From Bacteroidales bacterium (GTDB lineage Bacteria; Bacteroidota; Bacteroidia; Bacteroidales; UBA3824), in contig JAFXUC010000045.1 of NCBI GenBank assembly GCA_017535325.1, positions 3,169 to 67,168 of the forward strand: 64,000 bases of DNA, written 5' to 3'. A program made the translations under genes and the position numbers. Below are positions 28,652 through 37,164 of this stretch, one piece after another; the first letter of the stretch is position 1; every line of letters starts with the position of its first letter. Under the pieces are notes generated by a model. The model was given only the letters and a program-made list of their open reading frames with translations. It searched no databases and was not told the DNA's origin.

Positions 28652-30097
28652 ATGAAAAAAATAAGCATAATTCTATTAATTATTCTTTTTATTCTCGGAT
28701 GCAGAGAAACAAGCGAAGTCCGCCAAGAACTCGTAAAAGCAGATTCTTTGCTCTACAAAAATCTTGTTGATTCAGCAAACAATGTTTTAAAGGAAATCGA
28801 ACCAAAAACGCAAGGGGATTCAGCATATTTTTTTGTTTTAAAAGCGGAAACTGCTTACAGAGAAGGTGAAAAACCTAATTTTAACGAAATAAATTTCAGC
28901 ATAAAATATTATGAAAAACATTCTAATGACAGAAACTTGGCAAACGCTTATTATTATAAAGTATGCGCCTTTATTATTAGAGATACTATGCCGCAAGAAA
29001 TTTTTACGTTACTGAAAAAAGCCGAACAAGCAGCGGAAAATACTTCTGACAATAGTTTGAAAGGCAAGATTTGTTCAGCATTGTCGTATACTAATGCCAT
29101 TTCCGGCGAACTTGAAACTGCATTATGTTACGCAAAAAAAGAATATCTCAATGCAAAAAAATTAAATTGCCGCCGTGATATTGCATACGCATTAACAAGG
29201 CTGTCGTCTATTTACAATGAATTAGGTCATAAAGATAGTTCAGAATATTATATTTTGCAGTGCAAGACACTTATAAACGAAGTTGATAACAAAGATAAAG
29301 CCTTTATTTATAATCTTTTAGGAGAGTGTTTTGTTTACGAAAATACAGAGGCTGCCAAAAATTATTTTATAACAGCATTAGAATACGCCAAAATTCCAAT
29401 GGCTTATCGAAATCTCTCCAAAATATACTATGCAAACAACGATATTCAAAACTGGAAAGTCTATTGCGATTCTGCCTTGATAAATACAGGATACAAAGAC
29501 AAAATTTATATTCTTTCCGACATTGCACAAACATATTATGCCGATGAAAATTTGATTGCCTATAAACAAACAAATGACGAGATTTTAAAAACTATGCAAG
29601 ATTTGTATAACAGTGAAAAAGAAAACTATTCGCTTGAAATACAACGTAAATTTGATTATGAAAGGCAGAAATCCAAATATGAAAAAAAGATATTGTTATT
29701 AATCATCATATTAATACTTTTATCGTTTGGAATTGTCAGCGCAATCTACGTATACAAACGCACCAAACGCAAAAATCTTGACAAAATGGCGGAATTAAGC
29801 AATATAAAATTAGATTTTTTGGAAAGGGGGCGTGATGTTTACGAAAAAATCAAGAAAAGTCAGTCAATATCAGATAATAAACGGGATTGGATTAATTGTC
29901 TGTATTACTTTTCTGTAAAAAATGCAGGGAAAGATAAAATATTTAATCAATACAATGACCTTAATATTTCTGACCAACTTTTTATAATTGCAGATGATTT
30001 TTTTCAAAAAACGGACGATGAAATAGCAAATGTTTTTGATATTGAACCTGTTACCGTCCGCACACGCCGTTCAAAACTGAAAAAGAAACTGAAATAA
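28652..30097 (+). CDS. membrane-spanning one-component regulator: lipoprotein signal, TPR region, TM helix, C-terminal LuxR/sigma-r4-like HTH (paralog 1)
   Basis: Lipobox LFILGC; TPR-like repeats (NLANAYYYK, ALCYAKKEY, AYALTRLSSIYNELG); TM helix ILLLIIILILLSFGIVSAIYVY followed by KRTKRK; C-terminus DDEIANVFDIEPVTVRTRRSKLKKKL. Confidence 0.65.
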   Translation: MKKISIILLIILFILGCRETSEVRQELVKADSLLYKNLVDSANNVLKEIEPKTQGDSAYFFVLKAETAYREGEKPNFNEINFSIKYYEKHSNDRNLANAYYYKVCAFIIRDTMPQEIFTLLKKAEQAAENTSDNSLKGKICSALSYTNAISGELETALCYAKKEYLNAKKLNCRRDIAYALTRLSSIYNELGHKDSSEYYILQCKTLINEVDNKDKAFIYNLLGECFVYENTEAAKNYFITALEYAKIPMAYRNLSKIYYANNDIQNWKVYCDSALINTGYKDKIYILSDIAQTYYADENLIAYKQTNDEILKTMQDLYNSEKENYSLEIQRKFDYERQKSKYEKKILLLIIILILLSFGIVSAIYVYKRTKRKNLDKMAELSNIKLDFLERGRDVYEKIKKSQSISDNKRDWINCLYYFSVKNAGKDKIFNQYNDLNISDQLFIIADDFFQKTDDEIANVFDIEPVTVRTRRSKLKKKLK

Positions 30098-30099
30098 AG

Positions 30100-30124
30100 A
30101 AATGTTTTTGCCCGTTTTTGTCGA
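30100..30124. repeat. copy of AAATGTTTTTGCCCGTTTTTGTCGA (also at 26128-26152)
   Basis: Identical 25-mer read directly. Confidence 0.8.
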
Positions 30125-30162
30125 TTTAAGGATGAATTATTTGCAATTTGACTAAATGTTTG

Positions 30163-30170
30163 TATTTTTG
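30163..30170 (+). promoter_or_regulatory. -7 box TATTTTTG upstream of the Panacea-like gene
   Basis: Exact TAnnTTTG match 16 nt before the ATG at 30186. Confidence 0.45.
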
Positions 30171-30185
30171 CGGCAACGAAACTAA

Positions 30186-30776
30186 ATGAATCAGATTATG
30201 GGCATCGGCATTAAGGCAAATAGAAAGAAAATCGGCGCATTGTTGGCGTACCTGAGTTTCAGGATGCCAAATGTTGAACTGCGCAAACTTCTTAAAATCA
30301 CATATTTGATAGATGAAAAGGCAGTAATGGAACGTGCGTTTCCTATTACTTGGCTTGATTATTATGCGTGGGCGAAAGGCCCCGTTGCCCCCGATGTTTA
30401 CGACATCAAAAATGGTTCGCTGAACGATTTTGTAAGTTGCAAAAAAAATGCGGCCGACAAATGGACTGTATCGCCTGTAAAAAATGCCGAGTTCCCAATT
30501 CTTCAAGGCATGAAGGCGTTCAGTAATTATGAAAAATCAATAATCGACAGTGTAATTTCGCAATACGGCGACAAATCCTCCGACGAACTCACCGACGTTA
30601 CACACGAATGTAATTCGTTGTGGTTCAAAGTTGTGGAAGAAAACAAAATTGATTTTAGCAAACAGCCAAAAACAGTTTTTCCGATAGACCTCAACCGTCT
30701 CAACGACGACAGCAAAAAAGAAATTTACGAAGAAGCGTTTGATTCCGTCCAAATTCAGGCGGCAATAAATTCATAA
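30186..30776 (+). CDS. Panacea (DUF4065 / SocA-like) domain protein, putative antitoxin
   Basis: Pattern KLRKLLKITYLIDEKAVMERAFPITWLDYYAWAKGPVAPDVY resembles the DUF4065/SocA antitoxin N-domain (K..KLLY..D...G.P......A...GPV....Y). Confidence 0.6.
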   Translation: MNQIMGIGIKANRKKIGALLAYLSFRMPNVELRKLLKITYLIDEKAVMERAFPITWLDYYAWAKGPVAPDVYDIKNGSLNDFVSCKKNAADKWTVSPVKNAEFPILQGMKAFSNYEKSIIDSVISQYGDKSSDELTDVTHECNSLWFKVVEENKIDFSKQPKTVFPIDLNRLNDDSKKEIYEEAFDSVQIQAAINS

Positions 30777-30779
30777 AAA

Positions 30780-31187
30780 ATGTTTGCACCCGGAGACATA
30801 ATATATGGTTTTGCCAAAGGTCTATATCGCCCGAAATTCAAATATGTAGTTTCAATTTTCAAAGATGCCGACCTCAACATTCTTGCTCAGTTTACTACAA
30901 GTCAAGACAGGCGCGGCTATGTTATTGAAGCCGGCAAAGAATTGGGCTTGCATCCTCAGACGGGTGTCGCGTTCAGTTTTCCCAAACGTACAGTGATGGC
31001 ATACGATTACGGTTTCTTGTATGGTACAGAAAACCAATTAATTTCGCAATTTGACAACCCCGAAGTAGTATGCCGTATGTACGACGATGTATATATCAAT
31101 TTGGTCTATGCATTATACAAAAGCGATTTCTCCCCTGCGGAATACAAACCGATTTTAGAGAAGATTTTGACGGAATTTTACAAATAA
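30780..31187 (+). CDS. hypothetical protein, candidate toxin partner of the Panacea-like gene
   Basis: 135-aa ORF 3 nt downstream of the Panacea-like gene. PGDIIYGF...YRPKFKYVVSIF is only weakly reminiscent of MazF/PemK-fold N-termini. Confidence 0.4.
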   Translation: MFAPGDIIYGFAKGLYRPKFKYVVSIFKDADLNILAQFTTSQDRRGYVIEAGKELGLHPQTGVAFSFPKRTVMAYDYGFLYGTENQLISQFDNPEVVCRMYDDVYINLVYALYKSDFSPAEYKPILEKILTEFYK

Positions 31188-31190
31188 ATG

Positions 31191-31242
31191 TTGGATTGCA
31201 GGCGGCTCGCCTGCTCTTTCCTTTATTGGTTTTGAACCGCAA
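31191..31242. repeat. hairpin repeat, copy B
   Basis: TTGGATTGCAGGCGGCTCGCCTGCTCTTTCCTTTATTGGTTTTGAACCGCAA, near-identical to 26181-26232. Confidence 0.85.
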
Positions 31243-31272
31243 GCATTGCGGCTCTACATACTTACAAAAAAA

Positions 31273-31325
31273 AGTTATCAACATTGTGTTGATAACTTTT
31301 GTAAAATTTTGAAAATAAATTAATT
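31273..31325. repeat. palindrome-containing repeat, copy 4
   Basis: AGTTATCAACATTGTGTTGATAACT (one substitution in the spacer) followed by TTTGTAAAATTTTGAAAATAAAT. Confidence 0.85.
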
Positions 31326-31935
31326 AAAATTTATATCCGAAATTCAAAGACAAATTATGCGTAAAACTTTTGTCGTATGAAACCTTTGAAAGATTTCTTA
31401 TTCCGTTTTCGTAACTCAAACCGATATAGTATTTTTCTGAAAGGTGATAGCCGAAACCGCCTTTGAAACCCACATCAAATCTATCGCTACCGTATTCCGC
31501 TGAAATTTTCTTTCCAGCCAAAGAAAATCTTGATGCAAATTCATAAGAAACGTAAGGTCCAATTTCTAAATCAAATTTTCCTATTTTCCATGCTGCCATA
31601 AAAGGAATTTCCAAAAAGTGAAAGCAGTTGCGAATACGACTGTTTTTCTGAACGTTGATCTCAGGGTATAGGGTCTCCCATAAAAAATAATTCTCACCGA
31701 GTTTTTCCGTACGCCATTGAAAATAATATGACAATCCCGGACGGAAAGAAAATTTTTCTGAAATTTTAAAATCTTTGCTCAGTCCGATTTCAAATCCGTG
31801 TACATTTGGATAATTCGATTTTCCAAAAGTCTCTGTCGGGATTTTATAACCAAAACGAAGATTCAAATTTTGCTGTGCAACGCTTGAAAATGAAACTCCA
31901 AGCAAAATTGCAAATAAAAATGTAATTTTTTTCAT
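31324..31935 (-). CDS. outer-membrane beta-barrel protein (porin/PorT-like small barrel)
   Basis: Signal peptide MKKITFLFAILLGVSFSSVAQ, alternating beta-strand pattern, C-terminal ...LSLNFGYKF beta-signal. Confidence 0.7.
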   Translation of the reverse strand: MKKITFLFAILLGVSFSSVAQQNLNLRFGYKIPTETFGKSNYPNVHGFEIGLSKDFKISEKFSFRPGLSYYFQWRTEKLGENYFLWETLYPEINVQKNSRIRNCFHFLEIPFMAAWKIGKFDLEIGPYVSYEFASRFSLAGKKISAEYGSDRFDVGFKGGFGYHLSEKYYIGLSYENGIRNLSKVSYDKSFTHNLSLNFGYKF

Positions 31936-31993
31936 TTCTTTTATGTGTTTAATTATTTAATTAATATGTTTTAAAATTCTAACTTTAAATTAT

Positions 31994-32404
31994 TTATCTA
32001 ATACTAACATTTCTTGAATACACTACTGTATTACCACTGCTCACGATTATATCATAATCGCCTTCGCCGTAATCTTTAAGTATACAACTAAATGTTGTAC
32101 CACCACCAGCAGTAATGCCGGTTACTTTTGCACCATTACAAAACACTTCTACTGTACTGTCCTCAGAGTATTGAGAAAAATACACTGTCAAAATAGTTGA
32201 CGATTCATCGTAGGACACGTGTACTGTCTCTTGGTGTTTATATTTACGACAACCATGCGGACGTCCTATTCTCCAATGACCACCATCTTGTGAGTTCGAT
32301 CCTGCTGTATTACAACAAACATTGCGTTGTCCATAACTTTCTGTTGATAAAACTGAGATTGCCGTAATAACCATCGGCAAAACATAATACTTTTTTATAT
32401 TCAT
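31994..32404 (-). CDS. small secreted Ig-like protein (DUF3244-like), paralog 2
   Basis: Signal peptide, then VSYDESSTILTVYF..STVEVFCNGAKVTGI..TTFSCILKDYGEGDYDIIVS. Confidence 0.65.
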   Translation of the reverse strand: MNIKKYYVLPMVITAISVLSTESYGQRNVCCNTAGSNSQDGGHWRIGRPHGCRKYKHQETVHVSYDESSTILTVYFSQYSEDSTVEVFCNGAKVTGITAGGGTTFSCILKDYGEGDYDIIVSSGNTVVYSRNVSIR

Positions 32405-32606
32405 TTTATTATATTTTTTTGTTTTTCACGCTGCAAAATTATAAACACAAACACCTACAAACCAAATTTTCCCCGTGTTAACTTCCCTTTACTGATATAA
32501 TTAAAATCTTGATAATTAATATTTTCCGCTCAGCGGAAGGTATATCTTCCGTGTAAAAAGGAAGATTTTTGTATTTTTTTATTTGCATTTCTTCATAGAT
32601 TTTTTT

Positions 32607-32614
32607 TATATTTG
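32607..32614 (+). promoter_or_regulatory. -7 box TATATTTG upstream of TPR-TM-HTH regulator 2
   Basis: Exact TAnnTTTG match 26 nt before the ATG at 32640. It lies inside the tracked TTG-extended ORF, which argues for the 32640 start. Confidence 0.5.
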
Positions 32615-32639
32615 CATAAACTTTTACATTGAAATAAAT

Positions 32640-34208
32640 ATGAAAATAATCCAACTTTTTATAATAATTGTAATCGTTTTTTTATCCGTTTCATGCAACC
32701 GACAAAGTGAAGTTTACACAAAACTTGTTCATATTGATAGTTTGCTGTCAAAAAATGACAATGATTCTGCAAGAAATATTTTAGAACAAATCAATGAAAA
32801 AAATATAACGGATAAAGAAAAAGCATACTTTTACATTTTGAAATATGCAATTTATTACCGTCTTGAAAAAGATATTTATACAGATGAAGATATAAATTAC
32901 AGCATTGAATATTACACACAAACAAATGACGCACAAAAACTTTCCAACGCTTATTTATATAAAGCGTTGACACATTTTTATTCTGTACAAAAACGTGAGG
33001 AAGTTTTATTAAATCTAAAAAAAGCAGAAAGTTTCGCAAAAAAAACAAAGGATTATGAGTTAGCAAACAAAATATATTCAGCCTTATCTATTTATAATTT
33101 AAATGAAGGCTTGTACAATGAAGCCTTGAAATTCGCTAAAAAAGAATATTACTGTGCCAAGCGGATTAACAATCAAAGATATGAAGTTTATGCTTTGTTG
33201 GATCTTTGTGTCGCATATCGTGAACTTGGAATGTCCGACAGCGCAAATGTTTTTATAATACAATGCATAAACAGAACAAAATCAATAAATTATAAGGATA
33301 ATTCGTTTATTTACAATGCGATTGGAGAATATTATTTGAGTGAGGACAATGAAATTGCTGAAAAATATTTTTTAAAGGCTCTTAGTTATTGTGATATACC
33401 AATATCGTATTATAATCTTGCTAATATATATTACAAAATTAAAAATTATAACAAGGCGACAGATTATTGTGATTCTGCGCTTAGTCATGATTTAGGTAAA
33501 TTTGAAATAGAAGTTTTGGACTTGAAATCAAAAATTAAATATGATATGGGAAATATCGCGGAATATACGGTGTATCACAACAGAATAAACTTTTTGAAAG
33601 ATTCAATTCTCAATGCTTATAAGAATAATAAGTCGCTTGAAATTCAAAAAAAATATGACACTTCGGAACATGAGGGCAAATATAAAAAGACTTTGTTGTT
33701 GTTATGTTCTATATTAATTGTATGTTTGATATTGTTTTTAGTGTTTATGAGACGGGGGAAAAAACTGCGAAAAGAAAACTCGACGTTAAAAAAGGAAAGT
33801 TCGATAATGGAAAAGCAAACTTTGAAACTTTTGAAAGTAAAAACGGCATCCGATGAACAAATTAAAGAACTCCAAGATTCTGTCGAAGAGCAACAAAAGA
33901 GCGAAAGTAAAAACAAAGATATTTTGTCGCACGGGGAGTCTGTTCTCAGCAGTATTCAAAATAACGAAAAAAAAGCATGGCTGCCGTATGATTTTGAATG
34001 TTGTATTTCATATTTTGAGTTTATTCATCCGAATTTCGCCCAAAAATTCAAAAGCGGGTACAAAGAAAAACTCACGATAACAGACAAAATTTTCATAATA
34101 TTAGAAAAATTTTTGAGCAAAAGCGATGAAGAAATATGCAATATTTTGTCTGTATCAATAAATACAGTTTATTCCCGCCGCTCAAAAATCAAAAAAAAGC
34201 AGATTTAA
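32640..34208 (+). CDS. membrane-spanning TPR / TM / C-terminal HTH regulator (paralog 2)
   Basis: Lipobox FLSVSC; TPR-like repeats; TM helix TLLLLCSILIVCLILFLVFM followed by RRGKK; coiled segment; C-terminus SDEEICNILSVSINTVYSRRSKIKKK. Confidence 0.65.
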   Translation: MKIIQLFIIIVIVFLSVSCNRQSEVYTKLVHIDSLLSKNDNDSARNILEQINEKNITDKEKAYFYILKYAIYYRLEKDIYTDEDINYSIEYYTQTNDAQKLSNAYLYKALTHFYSVQKREEVLLNLKKAESFAKKTKDYELANKIYSALSIYNLNEGLYNEALKFAKKEYYCAKRINNQRYEVYALLDLCVAYRELGMSDSANVFIIQCINRTKSINYKDNSFIYNAIGEYYLSEDNEIAEKYFLKALSYCDIPISYYNLANIYYKIKNYNKATDYCDSALSHDLGKFEIEVLDLKSKIKYDMGNIAEYTVYHNRINFLKDSILNAYKNNKSLEIQKKYDTSEHEGKYKKTLLLLCSILIVCLILFLVFMRRGKKLRKENSTLKKESSIMEKQTLKLLKVKTASDEQIKELQDSVEEQQKSESKNKDILSHGESVLSSIQNNEKKAWLPYDFECCISYFEFIHPNFAQKFKSGYKEKLTITDKIFIILEKFLSKSDEEICNILSVSINTVYSRRSKIKKKQI

Positions 34209-34326
34209 AATAATTCTCCAAAAAACAATTAAGGGAATCTAACCCCGGCTTGTAAAAAAAATCCGATGTTAAACTCCCTTTTCGATATAGTTTGTTACAA
34301 AATTTCACTGCCAATAACGTGCCAAA

Positions 34327-37098
34327 TTAGTGCGCCTCTGCCCAATTTTTACCAAAATTGCCTTCAACTTTTAATTTTACCTTCAAATCCGCCGCGTTTT
34401 CCATCTCAGTTTCAACCAATTGCCTCAACTCTTCTTTTTCGTCGGGAAAGACTTCAAACACTAATTCGTCGTGAACCTGAATGAGCATTTTGGACTTGAA
34501 ATTCTTCTCTTTGAGTCTCTTGAAAATCCTGATCATCGCTATTTTGATAATTTCTGCCGCCGTGCCTTGAATCGGTGTGTTGACGGCGTTTCGCTCCGCT
34601 GCCGCTGCAACGTTGCTGTTTCTTGAATTAATGTCGGGAAGATAGCGTTTGTGTCCGTACATCGTGGTAACAAAGCCGTTTTGTTTGCAGTCGGCAACGG
34701 TCTTTTCAATGTATTTTTTTACGCCCGGAAATTTTACAAAATAGTAGTCAATCAACTGTTTAGCCTCCGAGCGTGAAAGACCGGTATTTTGAGCAAGACC
34801 GTACGACGAAATTCCGTAGATGATTCCAAAATTTGCCGATTTTGCGATTGAACGCTGCTCTTTTGTAACCTCGTCGGGGTTTTTGCCGTAAATCAGAGCC
34901 GCCGTGCTGCGGTGAATGTCCTCGTCGTGCTTAAAGGCGTTCAGCATGTTTTCGTCGTCGGAAAAATGTGCCATCACACGGAGTTCTACCTGCGAATAGT
35001 CAGCCGAATAGATAAAATTATCCGGCGAAGACGGTACAAACGCACTGCGGATTTTTCGACCTTCCTCCGTTCTGTTTGGAATGTTTTGAAGATTGGGATT
35101 ATTGGAACTCAAACGCCCTGTTACCGTAACGGCTTGGTTGAATTTAGCATGAATCCTGCCAGTCTTCGGGTTGATAAGCAGCGGCAAAGCCTCAGTATAC
35201 GTTGAAACGAGTTTTTTCAGACCTCTGTAATCCAAAATTGCAGATATAATTGGGTGCTTGTCTGCAATTTTCTGCAATTCTTCTTCACCCGTTGCATATT
35301 GTCCCGTTTTGGTGGTTCTGGGTTTTTCGTCAACTTTCATCTCGTTGAAAAGTACTTCTCCGAGTTGTTTCGACGACGAAATGTTGAACTCTTTGCCTGC
35401 AAAAGCGTAAATTTCTTTTTCCTTCTTTTGAATCTTTTCGTTAAGTTCTTTCGTGTAATCCTTTAACAATGAGGTGTCTATACAAACGCCGTTAAATTCC
35501 ATGTCTGCCAAAACGTAAACAAGCGGCATTTCTATTTCTTTTGCCGTTTTTAAGAGATTGTTTTGTTCGAGTTCTCCGTAGAGTTTTTCTTTTAATTGAT
35601 AAGTAACATCGGCATCTTCCGCAGCATATTCTTTAACGGATTGTATGTCAACCATATCCATACTTATTTGTGCGGATTTTTTCTCGCCGATTAACTCCTC
35701 GATATGCACAGGAGTATAGTTTAAAAGGATTTGCGACAGATAGTCCATATTGTGTTTTCTGTCGGGATATAGCATATAATCGGCTATCATCGTGTCAAAA
35801 ATCTCGCCTTTGACTTCGATGTCATAATTGCGCAAAACGAGTATGTCAAACTTTATGTTCTGACCGATTTTTATAATGCTTTCAGCCATAAACGCCGGAC
35901 GGAAAAATTCAAGTCTGCGTTTTGTGTCTTCTTCGTCTTCTGTGTTGAAAGGTATGTAAAAAGCCTCGTGAGCCTTCATGCAAAACGACATGCCGACTAT
36001 TTTAAGGTTTCTTGTCTCTAAGCCCGTGGTTTCGGTGTCAAAACAAAACTCTTTGACTTCTAAGAGTCTGTGCCGCAAGTCAACGAGGTCTTCATCGGTT
36101 TCTACGAGTTTGTAATTATGTTGAACGGTTTTTATAGTTTCGTAGTTTTGAACGGGTTTTTCTTCCGCCTTTTTTTCGGGCTCTGACGACGGAGTAAAAA
36201 ACAGCGAACCGGGTTCGGCTTCAAGAGTTTTTTTCTTGCCTAAGACTCTGTCTGCCATGGTTTTCATTTCCAATTCGGCGAAAATTTTTCTAAGACTATC
36301 TTCATTGGTTTCTTTTACCAAAAAGTCGTTTTCTGAAAAATCCGTTGGCGCGTCGGTTACGATTGTAACGAGTTTTTTAGCAAGCAGAAAATCTTCTTTG
36401 TGTGTTGAAAAGTTCTCTTTCTGCTTGCCTTTCAATAAGTTAAGTTGTTGATAAATATTTTCTGCGCTTTTGAATTGCGAAATAAGTTTGTAAGCGGTTT
36501 TTTCGCCGATTCCGGGAATGCCTTTTACGTTGTCGGCGGCATCGCCCCAAAGAGCCAAGATGTCAATAAACTGCAACGGGTCTTCCAAACCTGTTGCCTC
36601 GCAAAAACTCTCTTTTGTAACGATTTCAGCGTCAGAGCCTTTCTTGGGTTTGTAAATTGTGATTCCGTCTTCAAGCAACTGATTATAATCTTTGTCGGGG
36701 GTTACCATAACGACTTCAAAACCCTCTTTTCGTGCTTTTTTTGCTAATGTTCCGATAATATCGTCGGCCTCGTATTCCGGGACTTCAACACGTTTTATGC
36801 CCATTGCGTCAAGAATTTCTTTTATGCGTGGCACGCCTGTTTTGATACCTTCGGGTGTAAGCGGACGCTGAGCCTTGTATTCAGGATAAATTTTGTTTCT
36901 GAAAGTAGGGTAGGGCGGGTCGAAAACTACTGCGATATGAGTGAAATTTTCTTTTTTCTTTAAGTCAAGAAGAAAATTCATAAAGCCGTATACAGCGGAG
37001 GTACTTTCGCCTTTGCTGTTGACCATCGGAGAGTTCAAAAGCGAATAAAACGCCCTGTAAATCATAGCGTAAGCGTCTATCAAAAAGAGTTTTTTCAT
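34327..37098 (-). CDS. polA: DNA polymerase I
   Basis: 5'-3' exonuclease N-terminus (LIDAYAMIYRAFY), 3'-5' exonuclease domain (FCFDTETTGL) and polymerase motifs (SADYSQVELRV, QVHDELVFE). Confidence 0.95.
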   Translation of the reverse strand: MKKLFLIDAYAMIYRAFYSLLNSPMVNSKGESTSAVYGFMNFLLDLKKKENFTHIAVVFDPPYPTFRNKIYPEYKAQRPLTPEGIKTGVPRIKEILDAMGIKRVEVPEYEADDIIGTLAKKARKEGFEVVMVTPDKDYNQLLEDGITIYKPKKGSDAEIVTKESFCEATGLEDPLQFIDILALWGDAADNVKGIPGIGEKTAYKLISQFKSAENIYQQLNLLKGKQKENFSTHKEDFLLAKKLVTIVTDAPTDFSENDFLVKETNEDSLRKIFAELEMKTMADRVLGKKKTLEAEPGSLFFTPSSEPEKKAEEKPVQNYETIKTVQHNYKLVETDEDLVDLRHRLLEVKEFCFDTETTGLETRNLKIVGMSFCMKAHEAFYIPFNTEDEEDTKRRLEFFRPAFMAESIIKIGQNIKFDILVLRNYDIEVKGEIFDTMIADYMLYPDRKHNMDYLSQILLNYTPVHIEELIGEKKSAQISMDMVDIQSVKEYAAEDADVTYQLKEKLYGELEQNNLLKTAKEIEMPLVYVLADMEFNGVCIDTSLLKDYTKELNEKIQKKEKEIYAFAGKEFNISSSKQLGEVLFNEMKVDEKPRTTKTGQYATGEEELQKIADKHPIISAILDYRGLKKLVSTYTEALPLLINPKTGRIHAKFNQAVTVTGRLSSNNPNLQNIPNRTEEGRKIRSAFVPSSPDNFIYSADYSQVELRVMAHFSDDENMLNAFKHDEDIHRSTAALIYGKNPDEVTKEQRSIAKSANFGIIYGISSYGLAQNTGLSRSEAKQLIDYYFVKFPGVKKYIEKTVADCKQNGFVTTMYGHKRYLPDINSRNSNVAAAAERNAVNTPIQGTAAEIIKIAMIRIFKRLKEKNFKSKMLIQVHDELVFEVFPDEKEELRQLVETEMENAADLKVKLKVEGNFGKNWAEAH

Positions 37099-37123
37099 CG
37101 TGTCAGAGTTTTTTTCTTTCGGG

Positions 37124-37131
37124 CAAAGTTA
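37124..37131 (-). promoter_or_regulatory. -7 box TAACTTTG (minus strand) upstream of polA
   Basis: Plus-strand CAAAGTTA, 25 nt upstream of the polA ATG. Confidence 0.4.
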
Positions 37132-37164
37132 GAAAAAAAATGCAGTTTGTCAAAAAAAAACTTA

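Noticed and set aside
24812-34326. The island considered as a prophage or integrative conjugative element.
   Set aside because: It has no integrase, tyrosine or serine recombinase, or conjugation or phage structural genes, and no tRNA-adjacent attachment site. The only recombination-related gene is the Rpn-like nuclease.
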